Below are positions 27,832 through 37,711 of a stretch of 64,000 nucleotides of DNA, piece by piece. The notes under the pieces were generated by a model. It saw nothing but the letters and a program-made list of their open reading frames with translations. It was not told where the DNA came from and ran no database searches. Positions within the stretch are counted from its first letter, which is position 1; each line of letters begins with the position of its first letter. This DNA comes from an uncultured bacterium (lineage in GTDB: Bacteria > Deinococcota > Deinococci > Deinococcales > Trueperaceae). The DNA is taken from the NCBI GenBank assembly GCA_964517055.1, contig CAZFAQ010000002.1, positions 24,633 through 88,632 of the forward strand, read 5' to 3'. The translations under genes were made by a program, and so were the position numbers.

Positions 27832-28742
27832 GCCAGCGGTCTGGCCGGACTTTCCACGGCCCGCGGAGCTACCTCACCGCTAGCTATGAGTGTCTCAAGC
27901 AGCCGTGCCATGGCGGCCGCTCCGGCCGCCAGTGACTGGGGCGAGCGGTGGAAGTCCCACCAGGCGACGCCCGGGTCGACCGAGACCAGGTACGCCCCCC
28001 GCGGCACCTTCACGGGCCGGCTGTAAGAGCGGGCCGAGATGGCCAGGCCTCGCAACAGCCGACGCACCGCGCCGACCGGCGGCAGTCGTCCCGTGCGGCG
28101 GTAGTGTGCCCTGCCAGCGCGCGAAGCGGCGTACCGCCTCACGGCCCTTACGAACCGTGACCCCTCCACCGACACGCCGGCGTGCACCCCGACCATCAAC
28201 GGCACTCCCAGGGTCGAGAGCGCCCTGAACGGGACGGTCTCGACGAGACCGCCGTCTATCAACACCTCGCCGCCGATGGTCACCGGAGCGAACACGCCTG
28301 GCAGGGCGCAGGACGCACGCACCGCTTCGGCGATCGACCCGCTCCTCAGCACGCGAAGGCGCCCAGATGCTAGGTCGGTGCAGGCTATGGCGAGCGGCAA
28401 CCTGACGTCGTCGAACGTTGCGCCCATGAAGAACTTGCGGTCCAGCCACCGTGCCAGCCGCTTCCCGCTCATCAGCCCGCCCTCGTGCCAGCCGAAGTCG
28501 ATGCCCTGCAGCCACAGCTCGGTGAGGTCCTGCGCCCTCACGACCCTCTCGATCTCGAGCGCCGGGCCGCCCAGCGCGTAGAGGGCCGCGATCACGGCAC
28601 CGTAGCTGGTACCGGCGACACCCGCGACCCTGAGACCCGCAGCCTCGACGGCCTTGAGCGCGCCGACGTGCGCGACACCCCTGGCAGCACCACCGCCTAG
28701 CGCGATGCCGACCGATCGGTGCGTGACCGACGCCTGTGACAT
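27828..28742 (-). CDS. Patatin-like phospholipase
   Basis: GGGAARG oxyanion motif, GTSYG nucleophile elbow and the DGG catalytic Asp motif. The start is set to ATG 28742 (TACCAT lies 7 nt upstream). The stop overlaps the ATPase ATG (ATGA). Confidence 0.85.
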   Translation of the reverse strand: MSQASVTHRSVGIALGGGAARGVAHVGALKAVEAAGLRVAGVAGTSYGAVIAALYALGGPALEIERVVRAQDLTELWLQGIDFGWHEGGLMSGKRLARWLDRKFFMGATFDDVRLPLAIACTDLASGRLRVLRSGSIAEAVRASCALPGVFAPVTIGGEVLIDGGLVETVPFRALSTLGVPLMVGVHAGVSVEGSRFVRAVRRYAASRAGRAHYRRTGRLPPVGAVRRLLRGLAISARSYSRPVKVPRGAYLVSVDPGVAWWDFHRSPQSLAAGAAAMARLLETLIASGEVAPRAVESPARPLA

Positions 28743-28749
28743 ACGCAAG

Positions 28750-28755
28750 ATGGTA
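28750..28755 (-). promoter_or_regulatory. -10-like box (TACCAT) 7 nt upstream of the patatin ATG at 28742
   Basis: The minus strand reads TACCATcttgcgtATG. Confidence 0.4.
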
Positions 28756-28853
28756 CACCGCGAGGCTCGAGAAGCCGAGTGTCGAACTTCGAAGAAAGCC
28801 CGACCAGGACGCGAACTAGCGTCGTGGGCGCCCACCCTGGACGAGGTGTGCGG

Positions 28854-28862
28854 TGGTACACT
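28854..28862 (+). promoter_or_regulatory. Extended -10 (TGgTACACT) 8 nt upstream of the dnaX ATG at 28871
   Basis: The plus strand reads gTGgTACACTcccgcaagATG. Confidence 0.4.
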
Positions 28863-28870
28863 CCCGCAAG

Positions 28871-30850
28871 ATGTCCGCCCTGTACCAGCGTGCCCGCCCC
28901 TTCACCTTCGACCAGGTCGTGGGGCAGGAACACGTCAAGGACGTCCTTGGTTCGGCCGTCGCACGTGGCATGACAGGGCACGCTTACCTCTTCTCGGGCC
29001 CGCGCGGCGTCGGCAAGACGACCACGGCGCGGCTGATGGCCATGGCGGTCAACTGCGAGCGGGAGGACCCTGCCCAGAGGCCGTGCGGCGAGTGCGAGTC
29101 CTGCCGCCTGGTGAGGAACGGGTCTCACCCAGACGTCGTCGAGCTCGACGCCGCCTCCAACAACTCCGTGGATGACGTCCGCGCGTTGCGGGAGCAGGTC
29201 GGCCTCGCCAGCCTGCGCGGCGGCACGCGCGTCTGGATCCTCGACGAGGCGCACATGCTCAGCCGGGCCGCGGCCAACGCCCTGCTCAAGACCCTCGAAG
29301 AACCACCCTCCGGCCTGATGTTCGTGCTAGCGACCACAGAGCCGGAGAAGCTACCGCCGACGATCCTGTCCCGGTGCCAGCACTTCCGTTTCAGACGTCT
29401 AACGGATGCCGAGATCCTCGGCAAGCTCGTCCGACTCTGCCAGGACGCCGGCGTTGCTGTCGAAGAGGAGGCGCTATCGCTGGTGGCGCGCGCAGCAGAC
29501 GGCGCCATGCGGGACGCCGAGTCACTCCTCGAACGCCTGCTGGTGTCTGGCCGGCCGGTGACCGCAGCCGACGCCGAGGACGCGCTTGGCCTGCCACCGC
29601 AAGAACGCCTCGCGGCCCTCGCCCAGGCACTCCTCGCAGGTGACCTGACTCTCACACTGCCAGCTGCAGCCGACCTCTACCGCGCCGGGTACGCCCCACG
29701 CACCGTCGCCGAGCAGCTGGGCCGTACCCTCAGGGACCTGCTGCACGAGGCTCTCGGGTCCGGGGCGAGCAGCGAGCGCGACCGGCTCGTGCGCCTGATA
29801 CACGCTCTCGACGACGAGCAGGAGCGGTTCGTGAGGCGCGACGACCTCTACGCCCTCGAGGTCGCCATCATCAAGGCGAACAACGCCGTGTCCTTCCAAG
29901 GTTCGGAGCCACACGCCGGGGCCGCCGAGGCCAACGCCGTGGACCGCGCACCTGTGGAAAGTACTGGAAGCACCGCGGACGACAAGCGAGCTGTCACCTC
30001 AGGAGGCGCCGCGGGGCGCGCGCCCGCTGCCAGGCCGGGGAGCGCAGCGGACGGCGCCCGCGAGGACGCGGCCAGCAGCGCACCGACCCCGGCGAGGTCG
30101 CCTGGGGTGGATCCAGACACACGGTCACCGAAGGGAAGAGCCGGCGCGGGAGGGCCGCCGGCAACTGGCAAGGCGTTCTCCTGGCATGCCGTGAGAAGTG
30201 CGGCTGCCCCTCAACTGAAGGCCTTCCTACAGCCCGCCCAGGTGAGCGAGGAGGGCGGCGTGGTGACCATCGAGTACGGCGACGACTGGCGGTTCCACTT
30301 CGATCAGGTGGTGGCCCGCCGTGAGGAGCTCGAGACGCTCATCGAGAAGGTCGCCGGAGCCGGCTTCCAGTTGGACCTGCAGGGGCCGAGAGGCTCTCAT
30401 GGCGGCGGGCGCCGGGGTCGCGGCGGGCGTGGCGGAGGTGGCGGAGACAGCAGCGCAGCATCGCAAGAACCCTCGGCCCGGCCGGCGCCCCGGGAACACG
30501 AGGCCAGCGCGGTCAGCGAGGAGAGCGCATCACCCTTCGGCGACCTGTCTGAAGACTTCTGGAGCACGCCGGCCGAGCCGGGTGGGGACGACGCACTCGG
30601 CCAAGCCGACGTGGATGAACCGCTCGCCTCGACGTCTACCGAGACGGCCGAGGATGCGGGCGACGGCACGTCTCTGGCCAGGCTCCAGGCGCTCTTCCCG
30701 GGCCGCGTCGTGGAGTTCGTGCCCACCGAAACAGCAGATGCAGCAGAAGACGTCGAGGCCGCCCCGGCTCCGGTGGAGGAAGGCGAAGGCTACGATGACG
30801 ACGCGCAGGACCGCCTGGGCTTCGGCGTACCCGCTCGGAGCGACGGGTAG
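28871..30850 (+). CDS. dnaX: DNA polymerase III subunit gamma/tau
   Basis: FDQVVGQEHV, GPRGVGKTTTARL, zinc module CGECESC and DEAHML. The start is set to ATG 28871 (TGgTACACT lies 8 nt upstream). Confidence 0.9.
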   Translation: MSALYQRARPFTFDQVVGQEHVKDVLGSAVARGMTGHAYLFSGPRGVGKTTTARLMAMAVNCEREDPAQRPCGECESCRLVRNGSHPDVVELDAASNNSVDDVRALREQVGLASLRGGTRVWILDEAHMLSRAAANALLKTLEEPPSGLMFVLATTEPEKLPPTILSRCQHFRFRRLTDAEILGKLVRLCQDAGVAVEEEALSLVARAADGAMRDAESLLERLLVSGRPVTAADAEDALGLPPQERLAALAQALLAGDLTLTLPAAADLYRAGYAPRTVAEQLGRTLRDLLHEALGSGASSERDRLVRLIHALDDEQERFVRRDDLYALEVAIIKANNAVSFQGSEPHAGAAEANAVDRAPVESTGSTADDKRAVTSGGAAGRAPAARPGSAADGAREDAASSAPTPARSPGVDPDTRSPKGRAGAGGPPATGKAFSWHAVRSAAAPQLKAFLQPAQVSEEGGVVTIEYGDDWRFHFDQVVARREELETLIEKVAGAGFQLDLQGPRGSHGGGRRGRGGRGGGGGDSSAASQEPSARPAPREHEASAVSEESASPFGDLSEDFWSTPAEPGGDDALGQADVDEPLASTSTETAEDAGDGTSLARLQALFPGRVVEFVPTETADAAEDVEAAPAPVEEGEGYDDDAQDRLGFGVPARSDG

Positions 30851-30932
30851 GGCTGCGCAGAGCTGTGCCGAGCGACGATTCGAGAGCCGTGGTCATGAGA
30901 GACAGTAGGACGTACGGCGACGGGAGACCGGA

Positions 30933-31253
30933 ATGAACATCCAGAAGCTTATGAAGGAGGCCCAGAAGGCCCAGCGCAAGATGGCTGAGGCCCAGGACCG
31001 CCTGGCCGAGCAGACGGTGCAGGGCAGCGCAGGGGCCGGCATGGTGACTGCCACGGCGAAGGGTGACGGCACGCTGGTGTCGGTCCGCATCGACAAGAGC
31101 GTGGTGGACCCCGACGATGTCGAGATGCTCGAGGACCTGGTCGCGGCTGCCGTAGCCGACGCCCAGCGGCAGGCGAAGGACCTTCAGGAGCGCGAGATGG
31201 GCTCCGCCATGGGAGGGCTGGGCGGCCTCGGAGGTCTGGGAGGACCTTTCTGA
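30933..31253 (+). CDS. ybaB: Nucleoid-associated protein YbaB/EbfC
   Basis: 106 aa. MNIQKLMKEAQKAQRKMAEAQDRL... In the conserved dnaX-ybaB-recR order. Confidence 0.9.
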   Translation: MNIQKLMKEAQKAQRKMAEAQDRLAEQTVQGSAGAGMVTATAKGDGTLVSVRIDKSVVDPDDVEMLEDLVAAAVADAQRQAKDLQEREMGSAMGGLGGLGGLGGPF

Positions 31254-31278
31254 CGGCCGTCGGGGCGGGCGCCAAGGC

Positions 31279-31875
<597 letters not shown>

Positions 31876-31975
31876 CCTTCCCGGCGATGACGCGCTGGCG
31901 GGCGGGCGCATAGCTCGCGTCGACTCGCGTTTAGTCACGTTCTGAAGGGCGATATCTAGCCTCCGTCACGGCCAC

Positions 31976-32003
31976 TTGACGGCGCGGAGGTCGCCCGTAT
32001 AAT
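31976..32003 (+). promoter_or_regulatory. Sigma-70-type promoter of topA
   Basis: TTGACG (31976-31981), a 16-nt spacer and TATAAT (31998-32003). An AGGAGG SD and the TTG start follow about 30 nt downstream. Confidence 0.55.
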
Positions 32004-32035
32004 GTCCGCGCTTTCTAGGAGGGGACCAAGCCCAC

Positions 32036-34762
32036 TTGTCAGAACCCAGCCCCAAGACCCGCCTGGTCATCGTGGAGTCGCCCACGAAGGCACGCACCAT
32101 CAGCCGCTTCCTTCCGCCCGGGTACCAGGTGGAGGCCAGCATGGGTCACGTCAGAGACCTGCCTTCTTCCGCCGCCGAGATACCCGACGCCGTCCGCAAG
32201 GAGAAGTGGTCGAGGCTAGGCGTCAACGTCGAGGACGGCTTCACGCCGCTCTACATCGTCGCACCAGGCAAGCGGGACGTCGTCAAGAGGCTGCGCTCCG
32301 CTCTCAAGGGTGCAGACGAGGTCTACATCGCGACGGACGAGGACCGCGAGGGCGAGTCCATAGGCTGGCACCTCGTCGAGGTGCTGTCCCCCAAGGTGCC
32401 CGTGAGGCGCATGGTCTTCCACGAGATAACCGAGCAGGCGATACAGGAGGCGCTCGAGAACACGCGCCAGATAGACCTGGACCTCGTCGACGCTCAGGAG
32501 ACCAGGCGGGTTCTAGACAGGCTCGTCGGGTACGAGATCAGCCCCCTGTTGTGGCGCAAGATCGCACCCCGCCTGTCCGCGGGTCGCGTTCAGAGCGTGG
32601 CCGTGCGCCTACTCGTCATGCGCGAGCGCGAACGGCTCGACTTCGTGGCTGGGAGCTACTGGGACCTGCTCGCCTCGCTGGCTGCGGGTGAGGCAGGCTT
32701 CAACGCCGACCTCACCCACGTAGGGGGCAGCCGGGTGGCGCAGGGTCGCGATTTCGACCCGGACACTGGTCACCTGAAGACCAACGTTAAGGACGTCATC
32801 CAGCTGGACGAGGCCACGGCCACCGACCTCGCGGAGGCAGCCCGTGCCGGCGCATGGCGGGTGGCACAGGTGGACGAGAAGGAGCAGTCCCGCTCCCCTG
32901 CTCCCCCGTTCACGACGTCCACCCTCCAGCAGGAGTCGAGCCGCAAGCTCGGTCTCTCGGCTCGCGACACCATGCGCGTCGCGCAGGCGCTGTACGAGAA
33001 CGGCTACATCACCTACATGCGCACAGACTCCGTCAACCTCTCGAGCGAGGCGCTGCAGGCCGCGCGCGGCGCCATCCTGCGGCGGTACGGCCAGGACTAC
33101 CTGCGTGAGGAGCCGCGCCTCTACCGGCAACGCTCGCGGGGCGCGCAGGAGGCGCACGAGGCCATCAGGCCAGCAGGCACGGAGATGCGCACGGCAGAGG
33201 AGCACGGCCTGCGGGGCATGGAAGCGCGCCTCTACGACCTGATCTGGAAGCGCACCGTCGCCACCCAGATGAAGGAGGCCAGGCTCAAGACCGTCACGGC
33301 TCGGATCGAGGTGACGGCGCTCGATGCCGCTGCGCTCTCGCACGTGACGGGCGAGGCTGACCAGCGCGTGATGTCGTTCAGGGCCAGCGGGCGGACGGTC
33401 CTCTTCCCTGGGTACTTCAGGGCGTACGTCGAGGGCAGCGACGACCCAGACGCGGCGCTCGACGACAGGGAACAGCCTCTGCCTCCGCTGACGGTCGGGC
33501 TCGAGCTGGAACCCCGAGGCGTCGAGCCGAGGGGCCACGAGACGAAGCCGCCTGCGCGGTTCACGGACGCGTCGCTCGTGAAGGTCCTCGAGTCCGAGGG
33601 CATCGGCCGGCCCAGCACATACGCGTCGATCATCGAGACGATCCTCTCCCGGGGCTACGCCCGCAAGGTCGGTCAACAGCTCGTGCCTACGTTCACGGCT
33701 TTCGCGACGACCGCCCTGCTCGAGAAGCAGTTCAGGCGCCTCGTCGACACCGAGTTCACGGCCGGCATGGAGACGGTGCTCGACGACATCGCAGCAGGCG
33801 AGCGGCCGAGCGCCACCTACCTGAGCGACTTCTACTTCGGCGACGAGGGGATCGTGCGCCGCGTCGAGCACGCCATGGAGGCGATCGACGGCCGCGAGAT
33901 CTCGACGATCACCGCAGCCAGATGGGACCCGTACCTCGTCAGGGTGGGACGCTACGGACCGTACGTCGAGGGTGAGCTTGACGGTGAGGTCAAGACCGCC
34001 TCGTTACCGGCCGACGCTGCGCCCGCCGACCTGAGCGCCGAGGACCTGGGGCGTTTCCTCAGCGAGGGCAACATGGGTGACGTCGCCGTGGCCACCGAGC
34101 CCGAATCGGGCGACCCTGTGCTTCTCAAGAGCGGACCGTTCGGCCCGTACCTGCAGCTCGGCGAAGCGGAAGGCGGTAGCAAGCCCAAGCGCGTCTCGCT
34201 CCCTCCCGGGCTCTCGCCGCACGACGTGACGGAGACGATAGCTCTCGACCTCATCGCCCTGCCGAAGAGCCTAGGAGAGCACCCAGACGGCGGCAACATC
34301 GACCTCGGCATCGGGCGCTACGGGCCCTACGTGCGACACGACCGCACCTACGCCTCGGTGCCCAAGGACACGTTCCTGTTGGACGTGACGCTCGACCAGG
34401 CCATCGAGCTGATCAGGAAGAAGGCATCGCGCGGTGGCGGAGCCCTGCGCGAGCTCGGCGTCGACGAGAGCACGGGTGAGACGGTTGACGTACGCGACGG
34501 TCGGTTCGGGCCGTACGTCAAGCGGGGCAAGCTCAACGCGTCTCTACCCAAGGACCTCTCGCCAGACGAGGTCACCCTCGAACAAGCGGTGGCACTGCTC
34601 GATGCCCGCGCCGTACAGGCGGCGGCAAAGGGGGGCGCGGGCGCGAAGCGTACCGCCAAGCGCGCGGGCGCCAAGAAGGCGACCACCAAGAAGGCGCCCG
34701 CGAAGAGAGCGACCGCCAAGAAGACGTCGGCCAAGAAGGCTACGAAGAGCACTTCCAAGTAA
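32036..34762 (+). CDS. topA: DNA topoisomerase I
   Basis: TTG start after an AGGAGG SD. LVIVESPTKARTI Toprim and YITYMRTDS active-site Tyr. Four Cys-free C-terminal GxxGPY repeats and a Lys/Ala-rich tail. Confidence 0.95.
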   Translation: MSEPSPKTRLVIVESPTKARTISRFLPPGYQVEASMGHVRDLPSSAAEIPDAVRKEKWSRLGVNVEDGFTPLYIVAPGKRDVVKRLRSALKGADEVYIATDEDREGESIGWHLVEVLSPKVPVRRMVFHEITEQAIQEALENTRQIDLDLVDAQETRRVLDRLVGYEISPLLWRKIAPRLSAGRVQSVAVRLLVMRERERLDFVAGSYWDLLASLAAGEAGFNADLTHVGGSRVAQGRDFDPDTGHLKTNVKDVIQLDEATATDLAEAARAGAWRVAQVDEKEQSRSPAPPFTTSTLQQESSRKLGLSARDTMRVAQALYENGYITYMRTDSVNLSSEALQAARGAILRRYGQDYLREEPRLYRQRSRGAQEAHEAIRPAGTEMRTAEEHGLRGMEARLYDLIWKRTVATQMKEARLKTVTARIEVTALDAAALSHVTGEADQRVMSFRASGRTVLFPGYFRAYVEGSDDPDAALDDREQPLPPLTVGLELEPRGVEPRGHETKPPARFTDASLVKVLESEGIGRPSTYASIIETILSRGYARKVGQQLVPTFTAFATTALLEKQFRRLVDTEFTAGMETVLDDIAAGERPSATYLSDFYFGDEGIVRRVEHAMEAIDGREISTITAARWDPYLVRVGRYGPYVEGELDGEVKTASLPADAAPADLSAEDLGRFLSEGNMGDVAVATEPESGDPVLLKSGPFGPYLQLGEAEGGSKPKRVSLPPGLSPHDVTETIALDLIALPKSLGEHPDGGNIDLGIGRYGPYVRHDRTYASVPKDTFLLDVTLDQAIELIRKKASRGGGALRELGVDESTGETVDVRDGRFGPYVKRGKLNASLPKDLSPDEVTLEQAVALLDARAVQAAAKGGAGAKRTAKRAGAKKATTKKAPAKRATAKKTSAKKATKSTSK

Positions 34763-34871
34763 GGGCGGGCGAGGGCGGCCGGCGCCAAGCGACCCAAGGA
34801 GCGACACACGCCCCTGGTACGCGACACGCGGCCGCGCTCCGGGCGCCACCTGGTTCCTCGTGCCCAGAACG

Positions 34872-34877
34872 TAGACT
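34872..34877 (+). promoter_or_regulatory. -10-like box (TAGACT) 8 nt upstream of the recO GTG
   Basis: The plus strand reads TAGACTctctagtcGTG. Confidence 0.35.
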
Positions 34878-34885
34878 CTCTAGTC

Positions 34886-35668
34886 GTGCGCCGCTACACG
34901 CTCAGCGATGGGATCGTCATCAGGAGGAAGCCGCTACCGAGTGGCGACCTGGTGGTCACGCTGCTGAGCGTCGACGGGAAGTGGCGGGGCGTCGCCCGCA
35001 AGGGCAAGCTGCCGGGTGGGAACCTGGGCAAGCTCAGCCTCTTCCACGACGTCACGGTCCAGCACTACCGTCGGCGTGAGGACGACCTGGCGCTCATCAC
35101 GCAGGTCCAGCTGGCGGGCGCGCTGCCGAGGCTGAGCGGCCCCGACGTCTACCCGTACGCGAACCTGCTGGCCGAGCTGGTCGACGCCCTGACCGTCGAC
35201 GTCCACCTGGGCGAGCAGCTCTACGAGTACCTGACGAGCGGACTACGGGGCCTCTCGAGCCACGACGACCCCGAGCACGTCGCTCTCATCTATGCCTGGC
35301 GCCTCCTGCGTCTGGCCGGCCTCGCTCCCACCGTCACCGCCTGCGCAAGCTGCGGCAGGGCCGGCGACCTCACCACGTTCGACCCCGCAGCCGGCGGACT
35401 GACGTGCGAGACCTGCGGTACCGGCACCGGCCCGGAGCCAGGCTGGGGCGTCGTGCCTGTCGGTAGCACCGGCTCTGCCGAGCTGTTCGACCTCGTCGAG
35501 GCGCCTATGCGCGACGCGCTCTCCAGACCGCCGGCGCAGCGCGGCCTACAGCGGCGCCTGTTGGCCATGCACGTCGCCTATCACGTTCGCGAGCTGAACA
35601 GCCTCGCGTGCCTACCGCCGTCACGACCCATGGCGACGAGATCCACCGCGGGGCCAGGACCGACGTGA
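34886..35668 (+). CDS. recO: DNA repair protein RecO
   Basis: 260 aa. N-terminal OB-fold-like sequence and CASCGR...CETCG zinc motif. Confidence 0.85.
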   Translation: MRRYTLSDGIVIRRKPLPSGDLVVTLLSVDGKWRGVARKGKLPGGNLGKLSLFHDVTVQHYRRREDDLALITQVQLAGALPRLSGPDVYPYANLLAELVDALTVDVHLGEQLYEYLTSGLRGLSSHDDPEHVALIYAWRLLRLAGLAPTVTACASCGRAGDLTTFDPAAGGLTCETCGTGTGPEPGWGVVPVGSTGSAELFDLVEAPMRDALSRPPAQRGLQRRLLAMHVAYHVRELNSLACLPPSRPMATRSTAGPGPT

Positions 35669-36336
35669 GCACGGCCCTGGTCGCGCTCGCGGCGGGCTAC
35701 CTGCTGGGAGCGTTGCCGACCGCGTACCTGGTCGCCAGAGCGAAAGGCGTCGACGTGTTCGCAGTCGGCTCCGGGTCCATGGGCGCCATGAACGCGACCC
35801 GGAGCCTGGGGCTGGCCGCCGGGCTGCTGGTGCTCGCTGTCGACGTCGGCAAGGGCGCCCTGGCTACGTACCTTGGAAGCCTCTTCGTGGACCTGGCGGG
35901 CGTGCCTGGAGGTCCGTTCAGCTTCGACGTCCTGCTCCCTCCACTGCTCGCAGGCATGGGCGCCGTGACCGGACACTGTTTCTCGGCGTACGTCGGGTTC
36001 AGGGGCGGCCAGGGACTGGCGACCGCGCTGGGCGCTGCGCTGCCGCTCTACCCCTACCCGGCCCTGTACACGCTCGTACTCATCGTCGCGTTGGTGCTCA
36101 TCACGCGACGGAGCCGGTCATCGATACTGCTCACGCTCGCTCTCTACCCGGTCGTTACCTTCTTCGCGCTGGAGCGTCACCTCTGGCCCCGCGACGCGAC
36201 GTTCCTCGTCACCACCGTCGTGGTCCTGATGTGCCTGATAGGGCTGGTGAGACAGGTAGCGCTCGGTAGGCGCAGGCCGCAGGGACGAGGGGCGACGGCT
36301 GGAGGCGGGACGGGCAGCCCAGGCGCGGCGGGATGA
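35665..36336 (+). CDS. plsY: Glycerol-3-phosphate acyltransferase PlsY
   Basis: YLLGALPTAYLVARAKGVDVFAVGSGSMGAMNATR and GHCFSAYVGFRGGQG. The GTG start overlaps the recO stop (GTGA). Confidence 0.85.
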   Translation: MSTALVALAAGYLLGALPTAYLVARAKGVDVFAVGSGSMGAMNATRSLGLAAGLLVLAVDVGKGALATYLGSLFVDLAGVPGGPFSFDVLLPPLLAGMGAVTGHCFSAYVGFRGGQGLATALGAALPLYPYPALYTLVLIVALVLITRRSRSSILLTLALYPVVTFFALERHLWPRDATFLVTTVVVLMCLIGLVRQVALGRRRPQGRGATAGGGTGSPGAAG

Positions 36337-36391
36337 TGGCTGGTCAACCCGCTACAGGCCAGACCTGACCACTAACGGCAACTGCCGGCGG

Positions 36392-37711
36392 TCACTGCCA
36401 GCGCTCCCTGGCTGCGGGAGTGCCGCCCCGCAGAAGCGTTCGCACCTCTCCGATCAGGAACAACGAGCCGGCTACCAGCACCAGGTCGCCTGCGGACGTC
36501 AGGTCGCGCGCTGCCGCCAACGCCGCAGGCGGTGTGTCCGCCTCGTGGACCTCGTTCGCGCCGAGAGCCCGCGCCACGTCGGCTACCACCTTGGGCTTCA
36601 GCGCCCGAGGCGAGTGCGCCGCGCTCGTCACCACGACACGCTGGCCGAGGTCGATGATTGGCGCCAGGACGCCGGCGACGTCCTTGTCGGCCGACACCCC
36701 AAGCACCACGGCGGCGGGCGGCGGCCCGAGGTCGGCCATCGACCGCGCCAAGGCCGCAGACGCCTGGCGGTTGTGGGCTCCGTCGAGGACCCATGCCCTG
36801 TCGAGGTCGAAGCGCTCGAGCCTGCCCGGCCACCGCGTGTCTGCCACGGCGTCCAGGACCTCCAGTGGCCCCACGCCGAGCCGCAGCGCGGCGACCGTGG
36901 CCATGGCGAGGTTGTCCGCCTGATGCCTGCCGACGAGCGGGGAGACGACCGTGAGCGGCAGGTGGTCGAGGTCTGTACCCGAGCTCGTGACGGTGATGCG
37001 TAGACCGTCCCAGCCTGAGTGGTGCACATCGACCGAGAAATCGCTACCCAGGACGGCCAGCGGAGACCCCAGATCGCTGGCGATCGAGAGGATCACGTCG
37101 AGGGGCTCGCCGCTGGCGCCCGTGACCGCCGGCACCCCAGCCCGCAGGACGCCGGCCTTGTCGGTCGCGATCTCGGCGAGCGTCGCTCCGAGCACGGCCT
37201 GATGGTCGAGCGCAACGCCTGTGATCACGGACAGCGCGGGCTCGAGGGCGTTCGTCGCGTCGAACCGTCCACCCATGCCGCACTCCATGACGACCCAGGT
37301 CGCGGAGGCCTCCCTGAAACGGTGTAAGGCCACGGCCACTACCGCTTCGAAGAACGTGCAACGCAGCTCGTGCGCCACCGGACGGACCGCGGCGGCGGCG
37401 CTCTCCATGTCGGCGGTCGTCGAGTCGACCCCGTCGATCCTCGCCCGCTCCCCTACACTCTCCAGGTGAGGACTGAAGAACGACCCGGTGACGTGACCCG
37501 CCGCGCTGAGCGCCGCCGACACGAGCCTCGTCACGGTGCCCTTGCCGTTGGTCCCGGCCACCAGCACGACCTTCGTGCCTGGAGCCGGCAGCTCGAGCGC
37601 CTCCAACAACGCCCGCGTGCGCTCCAGCCCGGGCTTGACCCCGAAGCGCTGGAGGCCGAACAGCCAGTCGAGAGCCGGCGTGGCGGACGGACGCGTCTCC
37701 CCTGAAGTCAC
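36392..37711 (-). CDS. folC: Bifunctional folylpolyglutamate synthase / dihydrofolate synthase
   Basis: VVLVAGTNGKGTV P-loop and Mur-ligase layout. The start is taken as GTG 37711 in a GTGA overlap with the HD gene stop; the alternative GTG at 37726 is equally possible. Confidence 0.85.
   Translation of the reverse strand: MTSGETRPSATPALDWLFGLQRFGVKPGLERTRALLEALELPAPGTKVVLVAGTNGKGTVTRLVSAALSAAGHVTGSFFSPHLESVGERARIDGVDSTTADMESAAAAVRPVAHELRCTFFEAVVAVALHRFREASATWVVMECGMGGRFDATNALEPALSVITGVALDHQAVLGATLAEIATDKAGVLRAGVPAVTGASGEPLDVILSIASDLGSPLAVLGSDFSVDVHHSGWDGLRITVTSSGTDLDHLPLTVVSPLVGRHQADNLAMATVAALRLGVGPLEVLDAVADTRWPGRLERFDLDRAWVLDGAHNRQASAALARSMADLGPPPAAVVLGVSADKDVAGVLAPIIDLGQRVVVTSAAHSPRALKPKVVADVARALGANEVHEADTPPAALAAARDLTSAGDLVLVAGSLFLIGEVRTLLRGGTPAARERWQ

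Noticed and set aside
28743-28870. A possible SRP RNA (ffs) upstream of dnaX, as in the Bacillus scr-dnaX-yaaK-recR arrangement.
   Set aside because: The 128-nt gap contains no GGAA/AGCA-type domain IV motif and no extended hairpin. It is fully accounted for by two divergent -10 boxes.
30390-30460. A G-rich repetitive stretch (ggcggcgggcgccggggtcgcggcgggcgtggcggaggtggcgg) that looked like a short tandem-repeat array.
   Set aside because: It lies in frame inside dnaX and encodes the Gly/Arg low-complexity linker. It has no regular repeat-spacer structure. No CRISPR-like array exists anywhere in the window.
34824-34840. A CGCGGCCGCG perfect palindrome in the topA-recO spacer, and similar GC palindromes elsewhere (GCCCGGGC at about 41478, GTCCGGAC at about 56429).
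   Set aside because: Short GC-only palindromes are common by chance at this composition. None is repeated as a family, so there is no evidence for REP/SRE-type elements.
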